Part shown: piece by piece, positions 10,001 to 19,408 of the stretch
Layout of the letters: each line of letters opens with the position of its first letter
How positions within the stretch are numbered: the stretch's first letter is position 1
Origin: Candidatus Eiseniibacteriota bacterium
GTDB lineage: Bacteria > Eisenbacteria > RBG-16-71-46 > SZUA-252
Assembly (NCBI GenBank): GCA_963703225.1
Contig: OY969801.1
Span: 2,304,001 to 2,368,000 of the forward strand
Length of the DNA stretch: 64,000 nt
Direction of reading: 5' to 3'
Translations under genes and position numbers: made by a program
Notes under the pieces: model-generated
What the model was told of the DNA's origin: nothing
Database searches by the model: none
The model's input: only the letters and a program-made list of their open reading frames with translations

Positions 10001-13000
10001 GCCGATTGCGTCGAGCACCGGCGCCTGGTTCGCGGCCGCCCCGACATCGATCGTGATGGCCTCGAAGGCGCTCAGCGCCGGGGTCCCGTTGTCGGTCACG
10101 CGCACCGTCACCGGGAAGGCCCCCGTGCGGCCGGGCGTCCAGCTGAACGCGCCCGTCGAGCCGTCGATCGTCGCCCCCGCCGGCGCGCCGGCGTCGAGCG
10201 AGAAGGTCAGCGTGTTCGCCGGAATGTCGGCATCGGTCGCCGTCGCCGTGAAGGTGACCGGCACCCCGACCGTGCCCGACTTGTTGCCGATCGCAGCCAA
10301 CACCGGCGCCACGTTCGCCTCATTCACCGTGATCGTGATCGCTTCGAAATCGTCCATGGCGGGTGTGCCATTGTCCGTCACGCGAACCGTGACCGGATAG
10401 CTCCCCGGGCCCTGCGCCTCGGTCGGCGTCCAGCTAAAGGCGCCCGTCGCCGCATTGATCGTCGAACCGGTGGGATTTCCCGCGTCCAATGAGAAGCTGA
10501 GCGTGTTGGCCGGGAGATCGGCGTCGGTGGCGGTCGCCGTGAACGTCAACGCGACCAGCTCGTCCACCGTCTTGTCGCCGATCGATGCCAGCTCGGGCGC
10601 GACGTTCACTTCATTCACCGTGACCGTGATCGTCTCGGAATCGCTCAATGGCGGGGTTCCGTCATCGGTAACGCGGACAGTGATCGGGTAGTCGCTTCCA
10701 CCCTGAGCCTCAGTGGGCTGCCACGTGAAGGCTCCTGTCGTCCCGACGATCGACGCACCCGTCGGCGCACCCGTATCGAGTGAGAATGCGAGGTTGTCGC
10801 CGGCGTCCGGATCGGTCGCCGTGGCCGTAAAGGTCAAGGTCGCCAGCTCGTTGACCGTCTTATCGCCGATCGCCCCGAGCACCGGCGCCTGATTCGGGGC
10901 CGCGCTGACGACGATCGAAATATCCTCGGATGCGGAGAGCGGCGGCGTGCCGTCGTCCGTGACCCGGACCGTCACCGGGAAGCTGCCGTTGGCGGTCGGC
11001 GTCCAGCTGAAGGCGCCCGTCGACGCGTTGATCGTCGCGCCCGTCGGAGCACCGGTGTCCAGAGAGAACGCCAGTGTGTTGGCCGGGATGTCGGCATCGG
11101 TCGCGGTCGCCGTGAAGGTCACGGGCACTCCCACCGTCCCTGCCTTGTCGCCGATTCCCACGAGAACCGGGGCCACGTTCACTTCATTCACCGTGATCGT
11201 GATGGCCGCGGTGCCGTCGAGGGGCGGCGTTCCGTTGTCGGTCGCGCGGAAGGTGATCGGGAACGTCCCCGGGCCCTGTGCCTCAGTCGGGATCCAACTG
11301 AAGACGCCTGTGCCAGCAGCTACCGTCCCGCTCGGAGTCCCCGCCTCCAGCGACCAGCTGAGCGTGTTCGTTGGAAGGTCAGGGTCGTTCGCGGTCACGG
11401 TAAAGACGAGCAGATCAAGCTCGTTCACGGTCTTGTTGCCCGGATTATTCACCACCGGCGCCACGTTCACCTCGTTGACCGTGACCGTGATCAGCTCGGA
11501 AGCGCTCATGGGCGGCGTCCCGTTATCCGTCACGCGAACCGTGATCGGGAAGCTGCCCGGACCCTGCGCCTCGGTCGGTGTCCAGCTGAAGGCCCCCGTC
11601 GACGCGTTGATCGTCGAGCCGGTGGGATTCCCCGCATCCAGCGAGAAGGTGACCGTGTTGGCCGGCACGTCCGCGTCGGTCGCCGTGGCGGTAAAGGCCA
11701 AAGTCGCCAGCTCGTTGACCGTCTTGTTGCCGATCGCGCCGAGCACCGGCGCCACGTTCACCTCGTTGACCGTGACCGTGATCAGCTCGGAAGCGCTCAT
11801 GGGCGGCGCCCCGTTGTCCGTCACGCGAACCGTGATCGGGAAGCTGCCCGGGCCCTGCGCCTCGGTCGGCGTCCAGGTGAAGGCCCCCGTCGACGCGTTG
11901 ATCGTCGAGCCGGTGGGATTCCCGGCGTCCAGCGAGAAGCTGAGCGTGTTGGCGGGGAGATCCGCATCGGTTGCCGTGGCCGTGAAGGTCAGCGCGCTGA
12001 GCTCGTTCACCGTCTTGTTGCCGATCGCGCCGAGCACCGGCGCCACGTTCACTTCGTTGACCGTGACCGTGATCAGCTCGGAAGCGCTCATGGGCGGCGT
12101 CCCGTTATCCGTCACGCGAACCGTGATCGGGAACGAACCCGGGCCGTCGGTCTCGATCGGCTGCCAGAGGAAGATTCCCGACGTCGCGTTGATCGTCGCG
12201 CCGGCGGGTGCCCCCGCGTCGAGAGAGAAGGCGAGCGTCTGGCTCGCGTCGGGATCGGTCGCGGTCGCCGTGAAGCTCAGGATCGAGTTCTCGTTGACCG
12301 TCTTGTTGCCGATCGCGTTGAGCGTCGGCGCCTGATTTGGCGCCGCGGAGACCGTGACGGTAATCGTCTCGGAGGCCGATAGCGGCGGAGCGCCGTTGTC
12401 GGTCACGCGGACCGTGATGGCATTGTTGCCCACTTGCCCTGTGGCGGGCGTCCAGGTGAACGCCCCGCTCCCGCCATTGATGCTCGCCCCGGTCGGCGCG
12501 CCAGTGTCGAGCGTAAAGGCCAGCGTGTTCGCCGGAATGTCGGCGTCGGTCGCGGTCGCGGTGAAGGTGAGCGCAACGCCCACGGTCGCCGCCTTGTTTC
12601 CGATCCCTCCCAAGACCGGCGCCACGTTGACCTCGTTCACGGTGATCGTGATCGCCGCCGTTCCAGCCAATGCCGGGGACCCGTTGTCGGTCGCGCGGAT
12701 CGTCACCGGGAAGGTGCCCGGACCCTGCGCTTCGGTCGGGGTCCAGCTGAAGGCGCCCGTGCCGGCGCCGATCGTCGCGCCGGCGGGCGCGCCCGCATCG
12801 AGCGACCAGGTGAAGGTGTTCGCCGGAAGATCGGCGTCGCCGGCCGTCGCCGTGAACGCCAAGGCCACCAATTCGTTCACCGTCCGGTTCCCGGGGCTGG
12901 TCACGACCGGCGCCACGTTCACCTCCGTGACCGTGATCGTGATGAGCTCCGAGTCATCGAGCGGCGAGGATCCGTTGTCGGTAACGCGAACCGTGATCGG

Positions 13001-14677
13001 GAAGCTACCCGGGCCCTGCGCTTCTGTCGGGGTCCAGCTGAAGGCACCGGTCGTCCCGTTGATCGTGGAGCCGGCGGGATTTCCAGGATCGAGTGAGAAG
13101 GTCAGCGTCTGGCCCGCGTTTGCATCCGTCGCGGTGGCCGTGAACGCCAGCGTCGCCAGCTCGGCGACCGTCTTGTTGCCGATCGCGCCCAGAATCGGCG
13201 CCACGTTCGCGGCCGCGTTCACCGTGATCGTGATCGCCTCGGAGGCGCTCATGGGCGGCGTCCCGTTGTCGGTCGCTCGGACCGTGACCGGGAATGCCCC
13301 CGTGGAGGGCGGCGTCCAGTTGAAGACGCCCGTCCCGGTCCCAATCGTCGCGCCGGCAGGAGCGCCGGCGTCGAGCGAGAAGGTCACCGCGTTCGCGGGG
13401 AGATCGGCGTCCGTCGCCGTCGCGGTGAAGGAGAGCAGCGTGGAAACCTGAACGGTCTTGTTCCCGATTGGTGCCAACACCGGCGCCACGTTCACCTCAT
13501 TGACGGTGATCGTGATGGCCGTGGTGCCACTCAGAGTCGGTGTTCCGTTGTCGGTCGCGCGGAACGTGACCGGGAACGTCCCCGGGCCCTGCGCTTCTGA
13601 CGGGATCCAGCTGAAGGCGCCCGTGCTGGGGGTGAGCGTCGCGCCGGTCGGAGCCGCCGGCTCCAGAGTCCAGGTCTGCGTGTTGGATGGAAGGTCGGGA
13701 TCGTTCGCGGTCACCGTGAAGACGAGCAGAGCAAGCTCGTTGACGGTCTTGCTGCCCGGGTTGTTCACCACCGGCGCCACGTTCACTTCGGTCACCGTGA
13801 TCGAGATCGACGTCTCATCGAATAGCGGCGGAATGGCGTCATCCGTGGCCCTGAAGGTAATCGGGAAGGTGCTTGGTCCTTGAGCTTCCGTCGGGGTCCA
13901 GGCAAAGGCGCCCGTCGAGCCGTTGATCGTCGCGCCGGCGGGGGCGCTGGCACCCATGGTGTAGGTCAGCGTCTGGCCGGCATCCGGATCGTTCGCCGTC
14001 ACCGTGAACGCCACAGGGGTAAGCTCGGCGACCGTCCTGTTGCCCGGATTGGTGATCGTCGGCGGGGTGTTGACCACGGAGCCCTGGGCCAGATCGAGGC
14101 CATCGACGTCGGTCCAGTCGGAACCGCCTTGGCCCCCAGACAACTTGTACGTGTTGTCAAAGTCGTTGCCCGAGCAGTTGGTGCCGAAGGACGTGAAGTT
14201 ACCGCTGAAGAAATCCGCGATGTCGATCCGCGGGGTTCCACTGACTCCCGTGATCGTGACTGTGAAGCACCGGTACGAACCCGGGGGCTGGATGTCTGCC
14301 TGCGCCCCGCCCTGCGCGTACAGGAAGTTAATACCGTCGGGATTGACATTGAGGAGAACATTGCCGAATTGAGTGATGTGGTTCGTTGGCGTCGCGTAGG
14401 TCACGGTGCCGTTCACCGCGCGCATAACCGTGGCGTACGAAACGATGCTCAACGGCCCGTCGCCCGTGTCGCACGCGGCGGTCGAGCCGTCGCGATTCTG
14501 GTTCGTCTTGAGGTAGACGTCCACCGTCGTGGGCGTACCGTTGGCATTCATGCGGTCGCTCGAGTCAGATACCCCGTCCCCGTTCGAATCGAGGTACATG
14601 TACTGCGCGGACGCTGGCGCCGCGGCAGCGAGGGTGAGAATGGCCGCCAACAATGCGAGACGGAGTACGGACCTCAT
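7091..14677 (-). CDS. Giant secreted Ig/cadherin-like repeat protein (2528 aa) with FlgD-Ig/T9SS-like C-terminal domain; putative adhesin
   Basis: AAGGAGG RBS then ATG at 14677, signal peptide MRSVLRLALL...ASA, 22 repeats of about 96 aa (NxAP...ATDxD...G.F.WTP...VTDNG), and C-terminus SPNPLNP...VFDVQGRLV...WDG...VATGVYF...VTVLK. Confidence 0.9.
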   Translation of the reverse strand: MRSVLRLALLAAILTLAAAAPASAQYMYLDSNGDGVSDSSDRMNANGTPTTVDVYLKTNQNRDGSTAACDTGDGPLSIVSYATVMRAVNGTVTYATPTNHITQFGNVLLNVNPDGINFLYAQGGAQADIQPPGSYRCFTVTITGVSGTPRIDIADFFSGNFTSFGTNCSGNDFDNTYKLSGGQGGSDWTDVDGLDLAQGSVVNTPPTITNPGNRTVAELTPVAFTVTANDPDAGQTLTYTMGASAPAGATINGSTGAFAWTPTEAQGPSTFPITFRATDDAIPPLFDETSISITVTEVNVAPVVNNPGSKTVNELALLVFTVTANDPDLPSNTQTWTLEPAAPTGATLTPSTGAFSWIPSEAQGPGTFPVTFRATDNGTPTLSGTTAITITVNEVNVAPVLAPIGNKTVQVSTLLSFTATATDADLPANAVTFSLDAGAPAGATIGTGTGVFNWTPPSTGAFPVTVRATDNGTPPMSASEAITITVNAAANVAPILGAIGNKTVAELATLAFTATATDANAGQTLTFSLDPGNPAGSTINGTTGAFSWTPTEAQGPGSFPITVRVTDNGSSPLDDSELITITVTEVNVAPVVTSPGNRTVNELVALAFTATAGDADLPANTFTWSLDAGAPAGATIGAGTGAFSWTPTEAQGPGTFPVTIRATDNGSPALAGTAAITITVNEVNVAPVLGGIGNKAATVGVALTFTATATDADIPANTLAFTLDTGAPTGASINGGSGAFTWTPATGQVGNNAITVRVTDNGAPPLSASETITVTVSAAPNQAPTLNAIGNKTVNENSILSFTATATDPDASQTLAFSLDAGAPAGATINATSGIFLWQPIETDGPGSFPITVRVTDNGTPPMSASELITVTVNEVNVAPVLGAIGNKTVNELSALTFTATATDADLPANTLSFSLDAGNPTGSTINASTGAFTWTPTEAQGPGSFPITVRVTDNGAPPMSASELITVTVNEVNVAPVLGAIGNKTVNELATLAFTATATDADVPANTVTFSLDAGNPTGSTINASTGAFSWTPTEAQGPGSFPITVRVTDNGTPPMSASELITVTVNEVNVAPVVNNPGNKTVNELDLLVFTVTANDPDLPTNTLSWSLEAGTPSGTVAAGTGVFSWIPTEAQGPGTFPITFRATDNGTPPLDGTAAITITVNEVNVAPVLVGIGDKAGTVGVPVTFTATATDADIPANTLAFSLDTGAPTGATINASTGAFSWTPTANGSFPVTVRVTDDGTPPLSASEDISIVVSAAPNQAPVLGAIGDKTVNELATLTFTATATDPDAGDNLAFSLDTGAPTGASIVGTTGAFTWQPTEAQGGSDYPITVRVTDDGTPPLSDSETITVTVNEVNVAPELASIGDKTVDELVALTFTATATDADLPANTLSFSLDAGNPTGSTINAATGAFSWTPTEAQGPGSYPVTVRVTDNGTPAMDDFEAITITVNEANVAPVLAAIGNKSGTVGVPVTFTATATDADIPANTLTFSLDAGAPAGATIDGSTGAFSWTPGRTGAFPVTVRVTDNGTPALSAFEAITIDVGAAANQAPVLDAIGNKTVAELSTLAFTATATDPDAGQTLAFTLDAPSPAGATIEASTGAFSWTPTEAQGPVAIPITVRVTDNGSPALSDFETIAVAVTEVNEAPVLAAIGDKAGTVGTPVAFTASATDPDLPANTLTFSLDAGNPAGSTINPTTGAFSWTPGATGGFPVTVRVTDDGTPALNDFEAITITVNAAAENHAPELAAIGDKTVDEGTLLAFTATATDPDGGDVLTFSLDPGAPTGASISSGGAFSWTPTEVQGPGSYPVTVRVTDNGSPAKDDFEAISITVNEVNLAPELTAIGNKSGTVGVAVTFTASATDADIPSNTLTFSLDTGAPADATIDPSTGEFSWTPGGAGSFAVRVRVTDNGIPVGEDFEELTITVNEVEVNDPPVLTEIGDKTVDEQTLLAFTATATDPDAGDVLAFSLDSGAPAGAAITSGGAFSWTPTEAQGPGSYPVTVRVTDNGTPAKDDFEAISITVNEVNLAPELAAIGNKSGTVGVAVAFMASATDADIPTNTLTFSLDSGAPASATIDGSTGAFSWTPAGAGSFAVTVRVTDNGVPAKDDFETITINVVEQSTNRPPVLNAIGDKTVNELNLLAFTASATDPDAGQTLAFTLDAGAPAGATINASTGAFRWTPSEDQGPGTYPIMVRVTDNGTPPLSHARTFQVRVREVNVAPVLAPIGNKTVKEGDLLTFTATATDADIPANTLTFSLGSGAPSGASIGSSSGVFTWTPPLAGSFPVKIRVRDNGSSVMEDFEVITITVVSDVLPANAFFFGINQITILGIKLGTCVQIEPVRGSYSNGDVDLNSIVMKYKDRQISAKCDGAELDGDKNRNGVREIQACFSNSDLQYLFSDLRRGISVVQVKIEGSLVSGTKFRDTVSHYVLVLGNSCLALKVSPNPLNPETVISFATTERGPVTVDVFDVQGRLVKQLQNGTMEAGLNSIRWDGSTRNGNRVATGVYFVNVKSKTGEETIRVTVLK
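7745..14075 (-). repeat. Intragenic tandem array of 22 diverged ~285-295 bp Ig-like repeats
   Basis: Counted in the translation, from NTPPTIT to EVITITVV. DNA units recur, e.g. gtcacgcgaaccgtga and gtccagctgaaggc. Boundaries are approximate. Confidence 0.85.
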
Positions 14678-14947
14678 GAGTAGCCTCCTTGACGTGGGCA
14701 AGCAAGGTGCCAGGCACGCAGCAACAGACGCACGACGTTGTGACAGCGGACGCTACCCCCACCGCGCGCGGGATCGCGCGGCCCTCTACGACACGGCCCG
14801 GGAACGGACCGTTGGAAATGGACTCGAGAAACGCTCAGTCGATGGCGCTCTGGAAGGCCCGGCGATACTCAGCCGGAGGAGAGGGGGGTTCTCGCAGGTC
14901 CTTCGCGCCAGGGCTGTGGTCGAGCCAAATCCCCTAAATGCCGTGGT

Positions 14948-14976
14948 ATCCTAGCACTTCCCGGGTTGAAAGTCAA
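14948..14976 (-). promoter_or_regulatory. Putative sigma70 promoter of the giant repeat gene
   Basis: Minus strand TTGACT-N17-TAGGAT overlapping the leuB stop codon. Confidence 0.5.
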
Positions 14977-16046
14977 GAGGGGACGGAGCCTTTGACCCCG
15001 TCCCGCACCAAACTTCCCTGCTCTTTTGTACCGACGCCGCTGTCCGTGCCCGTCGAGCGGAGCCTTCCGGAGGAAAAGAGCTCCCCGACCGCTGACCCGA
15101 TCAGACCACCCGCCTCCGACTCCCCCAGGTGTTCCAGGAGCATCTGGGCTGCAAGGATCGCGCCGATCGGAGAGGCGACGTTCTTGCCCGCGTGTTTGGG
15201 AGCGGAACCGTGGATTGGCTCGAACATCGAGACCCGACCCGGATGGATGTTACCCGATGCGGCTACGCCCATTCCGCCTTGGATCGCCGCGCCCAGATCG
15301 GTGAGGATGTCACCGAACATGTTCGAAATGACCACCGTGTCGAACGCCTCGGGGTTCTTGACCATCCACATGCAAGCTGCATCGATGTATGCATGGTCCC
15401 GCTCGATGTCCGGATAGTCCTTCCCCACTTCCTCGAACGCCCGCGTCCAGAGATCCATCGCGCCCACCGCGTTCGCCTTGTCGACCATGGTGAGCTTCTT
15501 CGAGCGCGCGCGGCGGCGGCAGAGATCAAAGGCGTAGCGGAGAATCCGCTCGACGCCCTTTCGTGTGAAGATCATCTCTTGCACCGCCACCTCGTCCGGC
15601 GTTCCCTTCTTGAGGAATCCACCGATCCCCGCGTAGACGTCCTCCGTATTTTCGCGGACCACGATCATGTCGATGTCTTCAGGCCGCTTGTTCTTGAGGG
15701 GGCACATGTGCTCGGCGTAGAGCTTGATCGGGCGGAGATTGACATAGAGGTCGAGCCCGAATCGGATTCCCGAAATGATCGCGCGCTCGAGCGTGCCCAC
15801 GGGGATCCGCGGATCGCCGATCGCCCCGAGCAGGATCGCGTCGTGGCCGCGCATCTCCTCGAGCGCCGCGGGGGGGAGGGTTTCCTTGGTCTTGAAGTAG
15901 TGATCGGCGCCGAAGGGATAGTTCGTGAAATCGAGCGAGAAGCCCCGGACCTCGGCGGCGAGGCGAAGCGTCTCGACCGCCTCGCGCGTGACCTCGGGGC
16001 CGATGCCGTCGCCCGGGAGGACCGCGATCCGGTAGCGCTTAGCCAC
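14973..16046 (-). CDS. leuB: 3-isopropylmalate dehydrogenase / beta-decarboxylating dehydrogenase family
   Basis: PGDGIGPEV, LYVNLRP, VRENTE, DKAN, NMFGDILTD and FEPIHGSAP. GTG start at 16046 overlaps the leuA stop. Confidence 0.8.
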   Translation of the reverse strand: MAKRYRIAVLPGDGIGPEVTREAVETLRLAAEVRGFSLDFTNYPFGADHYFKTKETLPPAALEEMRGHDAILLGAIGDPRIPVGTLERAIISGIRFGLDLYVNLRPIKLYAEHMCPLKNKRPEDIDMIVVRENTEDVYAGIGGFLKKGTPDEVAVQEMIFTRKGVERILRYAFDLCRRRARSKKLTMVDKANAVGAMDLWTRAFEEVGKDYPDIERDHAYIDAACMWMVKNPEAFDTVVISNMFGDILTDLGAAIQGGMGVAASGNIHPGRVSMFEPIHGSAPKHAGKNVASPIGAILAAQMLLEHLGESEAGGLIGSAVGELFSSGRLRSTGTDSGVGTKEQGSLVRDGVKGSVPS

Positions 16047-17304
16047 GCGCGCCCGCTTTGCCGGCGGCTTGTTTGAACTCGAGCACCACCGCCTCGAGCT
16101 CGGCATCTTCGAACACGGTCTCGCGCTGCTTGGCCAACCGGAAGACGTGCTCGACCAGCGGGCGGCCCGCGTCGTGGCCGTGCTCCGCCAGCCAATAGAC
16201 CACGTTCGACTCACCGCACATGGGACCGACGTTGATCTCCTGTTTCAGGCCCAGCATCCCCGCCGGGACGCTCGAGTAGACGCGATCGGCGAGCCACGCG
16301 TCCCCCTTCTTCTTCGCCTTGATGACCGCCGCGGCGTGAACCCCGGTCGCGGTCCGGAAGGCATCGCGGCCGAGCGCCGGGTAATTGTACGGGATCGGAA
16401 CGCGGCACGATTGCGACACGAGCGCGCAGTACTCCGGGAGCGCCGTCAAGTCGCAGTCGAGCCATTCGAGGAGCTTCAGGTTGATGAGGATCAAATCGAG
16501 CGGAGCGTTACCGACCCGCTCCCCCACTCCGAGGATCGTGCCGTGGACGCGATCGGCGCCGGCCATGAGCGCTGCGAGCGCGTTCGCGACGCCGAGGTCG
16601 CGGTCGCGGTGGCCGTGCCAGTCGACGCCGACCTTCTCGCCGGTCGCGTCCACGGTCGCGCGAATGAATCGGATGACCCGGGCGGCGCCCTCCGGCGTGG
16701 CGTGACCCACCGTGTCGGAGACGCAGACACGCCGCGCGCCGTATTCCACCGCGGTGGTGTAGAGGCGGCGCAGGATCTCGGGGCGCGCCCGCGTCGTGTC
16801 CTCGGTCACGTACATGACCGGAACGCCGTTTCGGGTGGAGTACTCCACCGCTTCCTCCGTATGGCGGAGAAGCCGGTCGAGATCCCAGTCTTCGGCGTAT
16901 TGTCGAATCGGACTCGACCCGATGAAGGTGGCCGCCTCGATGCGCAGACCGGTCTTCTGGGAGATCTCGATGATGGGGTCGATGTCGTTCTTGTGGGTGC
17001 GCGCGGCGCAGTAGGGCTCGATCGCGAGCTTGGCGCGCGCGATCTCCTGGGCCAGCGCGAGGGTCGACTCCTTGGCGCGCGGACCGGCGCCCGGGAGACC
17101 GATGTCGTTCCCGTGGACCCCCAGGCGCGCCTGGAGGTGGAGCGCGCTGATCTTGTCCTGAATGGGAGGGTCGGTGACGGAGGGAGATTGGAGCCCGTCC
17201 CTCAGGGTCTCGTCCACGACTTGGACACGGCGAGGCGGCCGCGGCGGCGGCTCGTCGCCGACGTTCCAGTCGTAGATGAGGTCCTTCTCCGAGGGTTGGC
17301 TCAC
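16039..17304 (-). CDS. leuA: 2-isopropylmalate synthase family (DRE-TIM metallolyase), lacking the C-terminal regulatory domain
   Basis: DETLRDGLQ, EDTTR, DTVG, HGHRDRDLGVAN and GVGERVGNAPL; 421 aa. Substrate (isopropylmalate, homocitrate or citramalate) is not resolvable by eye. Confidence 0.75.
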   Translation of the reverse strand: MSQPSEKDLIYDWNVGDEPPPRPPRRVQVVDETLRDGLQSPSVTDPPIQDKISALHLQARLGVHGNDIGLPGAGPRAKESTLALAQEIARAKLAIEPYCAARTHKNDIDPIIEISQKTGLRIEAATFIGSSPIRQYAEDWDLDRLLRHTEEAVEYSTRNGVPVMYVTEDTTRARPEILRRLYTTAVEYGARRVCVSDTVGHATPEGAARVIRFIRATVDATGEKVGVDWHGHRDRDLGVANALAALMAGADRVHGTILGVGERVGNAPLDLILINLKLLEWLDCDLTALPEYCALVSQSCRVPIPYNYPALGRDAFRTATGVHAAAVIKAKKKGDAWLADRVYSSVPAGMLGLKQEINVGPMCGESNVVYWLAEHGHDAGRPLVEHVFRLAKQRETVFEDAELEAVVLEFKQAAGKAGARG

Positions 17305-18515
17305 ACGAGCGCTTCCACCACCATCGAGATCCCCTGGCCGCCGCCGATGCAGGCCGCGGCGACGCCCCAGCGCTTCTTCCTCCGGCGCAGCTCCAACAGA
17401 AGCGTCAGGACGAGACGCGTGCCGGTCGCGGCGAGCGGATGCCCCAACGCGATCGCGCCGCCGTTCACGTTGGTCTTCTCGCGGGGATTGCCCAGCTCCT
17501 TCTCGACCGCCAGGTACTGCCCCGCGAACGCTTCATTGATCTCGAAGAGGTCAACGTCGTCGACGGTCATCCCCACCTGCTTCAGGGCGGCCCGCGTGGC
17601 GGGCACCGGCCCGATTCCCATCGTGGCGGGGTCAACCCCCGTCACCGCCCACGACGCGACCCGGCCGATGGGCTTGAGATCGCGCTTCTCGGCGTGGCGG
17701 GCCGTGGTGACGACCACCGCCGCCGCGCCGTCGACGATCCCGCTCGCGTTCCCCGCCGTCACGAAGCTCTCCTTCCCGAAGGCCGGCTGGAGCTTGGCGA
17801 GTCCTTCCAGGGTCGCGCCCTCGAAGCAGTGATCATCCTTCTCGACCACCTTGGCCTCGCGCCCGGGTAGCGTCACCTTCACGATCTCCTCGCTCAGGAG
17901 GCAGGAGTCGATGGCGCGGCGCCCCTCGGTGATGCTCCGAAACGCGAACGCGTCCTGCTCTTCACGGGAAATCTTGTAGCGCCTCGCCAGATTGTCGGAT
18001 GTCTCCGCCATGAAGAAGCCGCAGTAGGAATCCTTGAGCGCCGTGAGGAGCGAGTCCTCCAGCGCTCCTTGGCCCAGCCGGAGCCCGCTCCGCGCGCCGC
18101 GCACGACGAACGGCGCTTGGCTCAGGTTCTCGATTCCGCCGGCGAGGACGAAGTTCGACTCGCCGAGCTGGAGGAGCTGGGCCGCGTTGATGATCGACTG
18201 GATGCCGGAGCCGCAGAGCCGGTTCACCGTGAGCGCGGGCACGGGAACCGGCACCCCGGCTTTGAGCGCCACGTGGCGCGCACCGTAGATCGCGTCGCCG
18301 CTCGTCTGCAGCGCGTTCCCGAAAATGACGTGGTCGAGAATGTCGGGCGGGACGTTCGAGCGCTCGAGCGCGGCCTTGGCCGCCACCACGCCGAGATCGA
18401 TCGCCGAGACGTCCTTCAACGCGCCTCCCGGCTTGCCGTTTCCGGCGCGGCCGCCCACCCATTCGGTCATGGGGGTTCTGGCGCCGTTCAAGATGACGAC
18501 TTCTTCGCGTGCCAT
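17301..18515 (-). CDS. Acetyl-CoA C-acyltransferase (thiolase)
   Basis: TVNRLCGSG, NASGIVDGA, EINEAFA, GHPLAATG and ACIGGGQG. Start placed at MAREEVVIL. Confidence 0.92.
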   Translation of the reverse strand: MAREEVVILNGARTPMTEWVGGRAGNGKPGGALKDVSAIDLGVVAAKAALERSNVPPDILDHVIFGNALQTSGDAIYGARHVALKAGVPVPVPALTVNRLCGSGIQSIINAAQLLQLGESNFVLAGGIENLSQAPFVVRGARSGLRLGQGALEDSLLTALKDSYCGFFMAETSDNLARRYKISREEQDAFAFRSITEGRRAIDSCLLSEEIVKVTLPGREAKVVEKDDHCFEGATLEGLAKLQPAFGKESFVTAGNASGIVDGAAAVVVTTARHAEKRDLKPIGRVASWAVTGVDPATMGIGPVPATRAALKQVGMTVDDVDLFEINEAFAGQYLAVEKELGNPREKTNVNGGAIALGHPLAATGTRLVLTLLLELRRRKKRWGVAAACIGGGQGISMVVEALV

Positions 18516-18531
18516 CGGGGTCCCTGCCTTC

Positions 18532-19393
18532 CTAGCTCTTAGAGTAGTCGTAGAATCCGCGTCCGGACTTTCGCCCCATATACCCCGCGAGGACCATCCT
18601 CTTGAGCAGAGGCGGCGCGGCGTACATCGGCTGCTTGAACTCCTCGAACATGATGTTGGCGATGTAGTAGGTGGTGTCAAGCCCCACAAAATCCAGAAGC
18701 GTCAGCGGTCCCATCGGATACCCACAGCCCAGTTTCATGCCGTTGTCGATATCCTCTTTCGATGCGACGCCCGATTCGTAGATGCGGACCGCGTCGAGCA
18801 AATAGGGCACGAGCAGCCGATTCACGACAAAGCCAGGCGTGTCCTTCGCCACCACGGCGGTCTTGCCGACCGTCTCGACATAGCCCTTGGCCAGGCTCGA
18901 AGGCCGCGTCGTTCGTGGGCAGAGCGCGGATGATCTCGACCAGCTTCATGAGCGGGACCGGGTTGAAGAAGTGGAGCCCCAGAACCCGCTCCGGCTTGCC
19001 GGTCGTCGCGGCGATCTCCGTGATCGAGAGTGACGAGGTGTTGCTCGCCAGGACGGCCGAGCCACCGACGATCTTGTCGAGCGCCTGGAACACCTCGCGT
19101 TTCGCCTCGATGCTCTCGACCACCGCCTCGATCACGAGCTCACAGGGGGCGAGGTCCTTGAGGTCGGTCGTCCCCTTGATGTTCCCGAGGACCTTGTCGC
19201 GGTCCTCCGCGGTCACCTTTCCCTTCGCTACCCCGTCTTCCAGGAACTTCTTGATCCGCCCCAGCCCTCGATCGAGCGTCGGCTTGTCCACCTCACGGAC
19301 CCACGTGGTGAGGCCGGCCTGCGCGCTCACCTGCGCGATGCCCGAGCCCATGAGACCGCACCCCACGACGCCCACCGTTTTCAACGCCGCCAT
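18532..19393 (-). pseudogene. hbd: 3-hydroxybutyryl-CoA dehydrogenase with one +1 frameshift at ~18894 (probably a sequencing error)
   Basis: N-terminal part has GCGLMGSG, IEAVVE, ASNTSS and HFFNP; C-terminal part has KDTPGFVVNRLL, PMGPL and GRKSGRGFYDY. Deleting one C from GAG-C-CTG-GCC restores FELAKGYVETVGKTAVVAKD. Confidence 0.88.
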
Positions 19394-19408
19394 GGCCAAC
19401 CTTCCTCC

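Noticed and set aside
7745..14075. Repeated DNA as a CRISPR array or diversity-generating retroelement
   Set aside because: Units are ~290-bp in-frame coding repeats without unique spacers. No cas or reverse transcriptase genes and no adenine-specific variation are visible.
7680..14372. Many long + strand ORFs opposite the giant repeat gene, and similar antisense ORFs across the window
   Set aside because: These are shadows of GC-rich codon usage. They carry no motifs or RBS and lie opposite well-supported genes.
14700..14940. Known riboswitch (e.g. c-di-GMP) in the adhesin leader
   Set aside because: I could not find GEMM or other recognisable aptamer motifs by eye. An Rfam scan is needed to exclude one.
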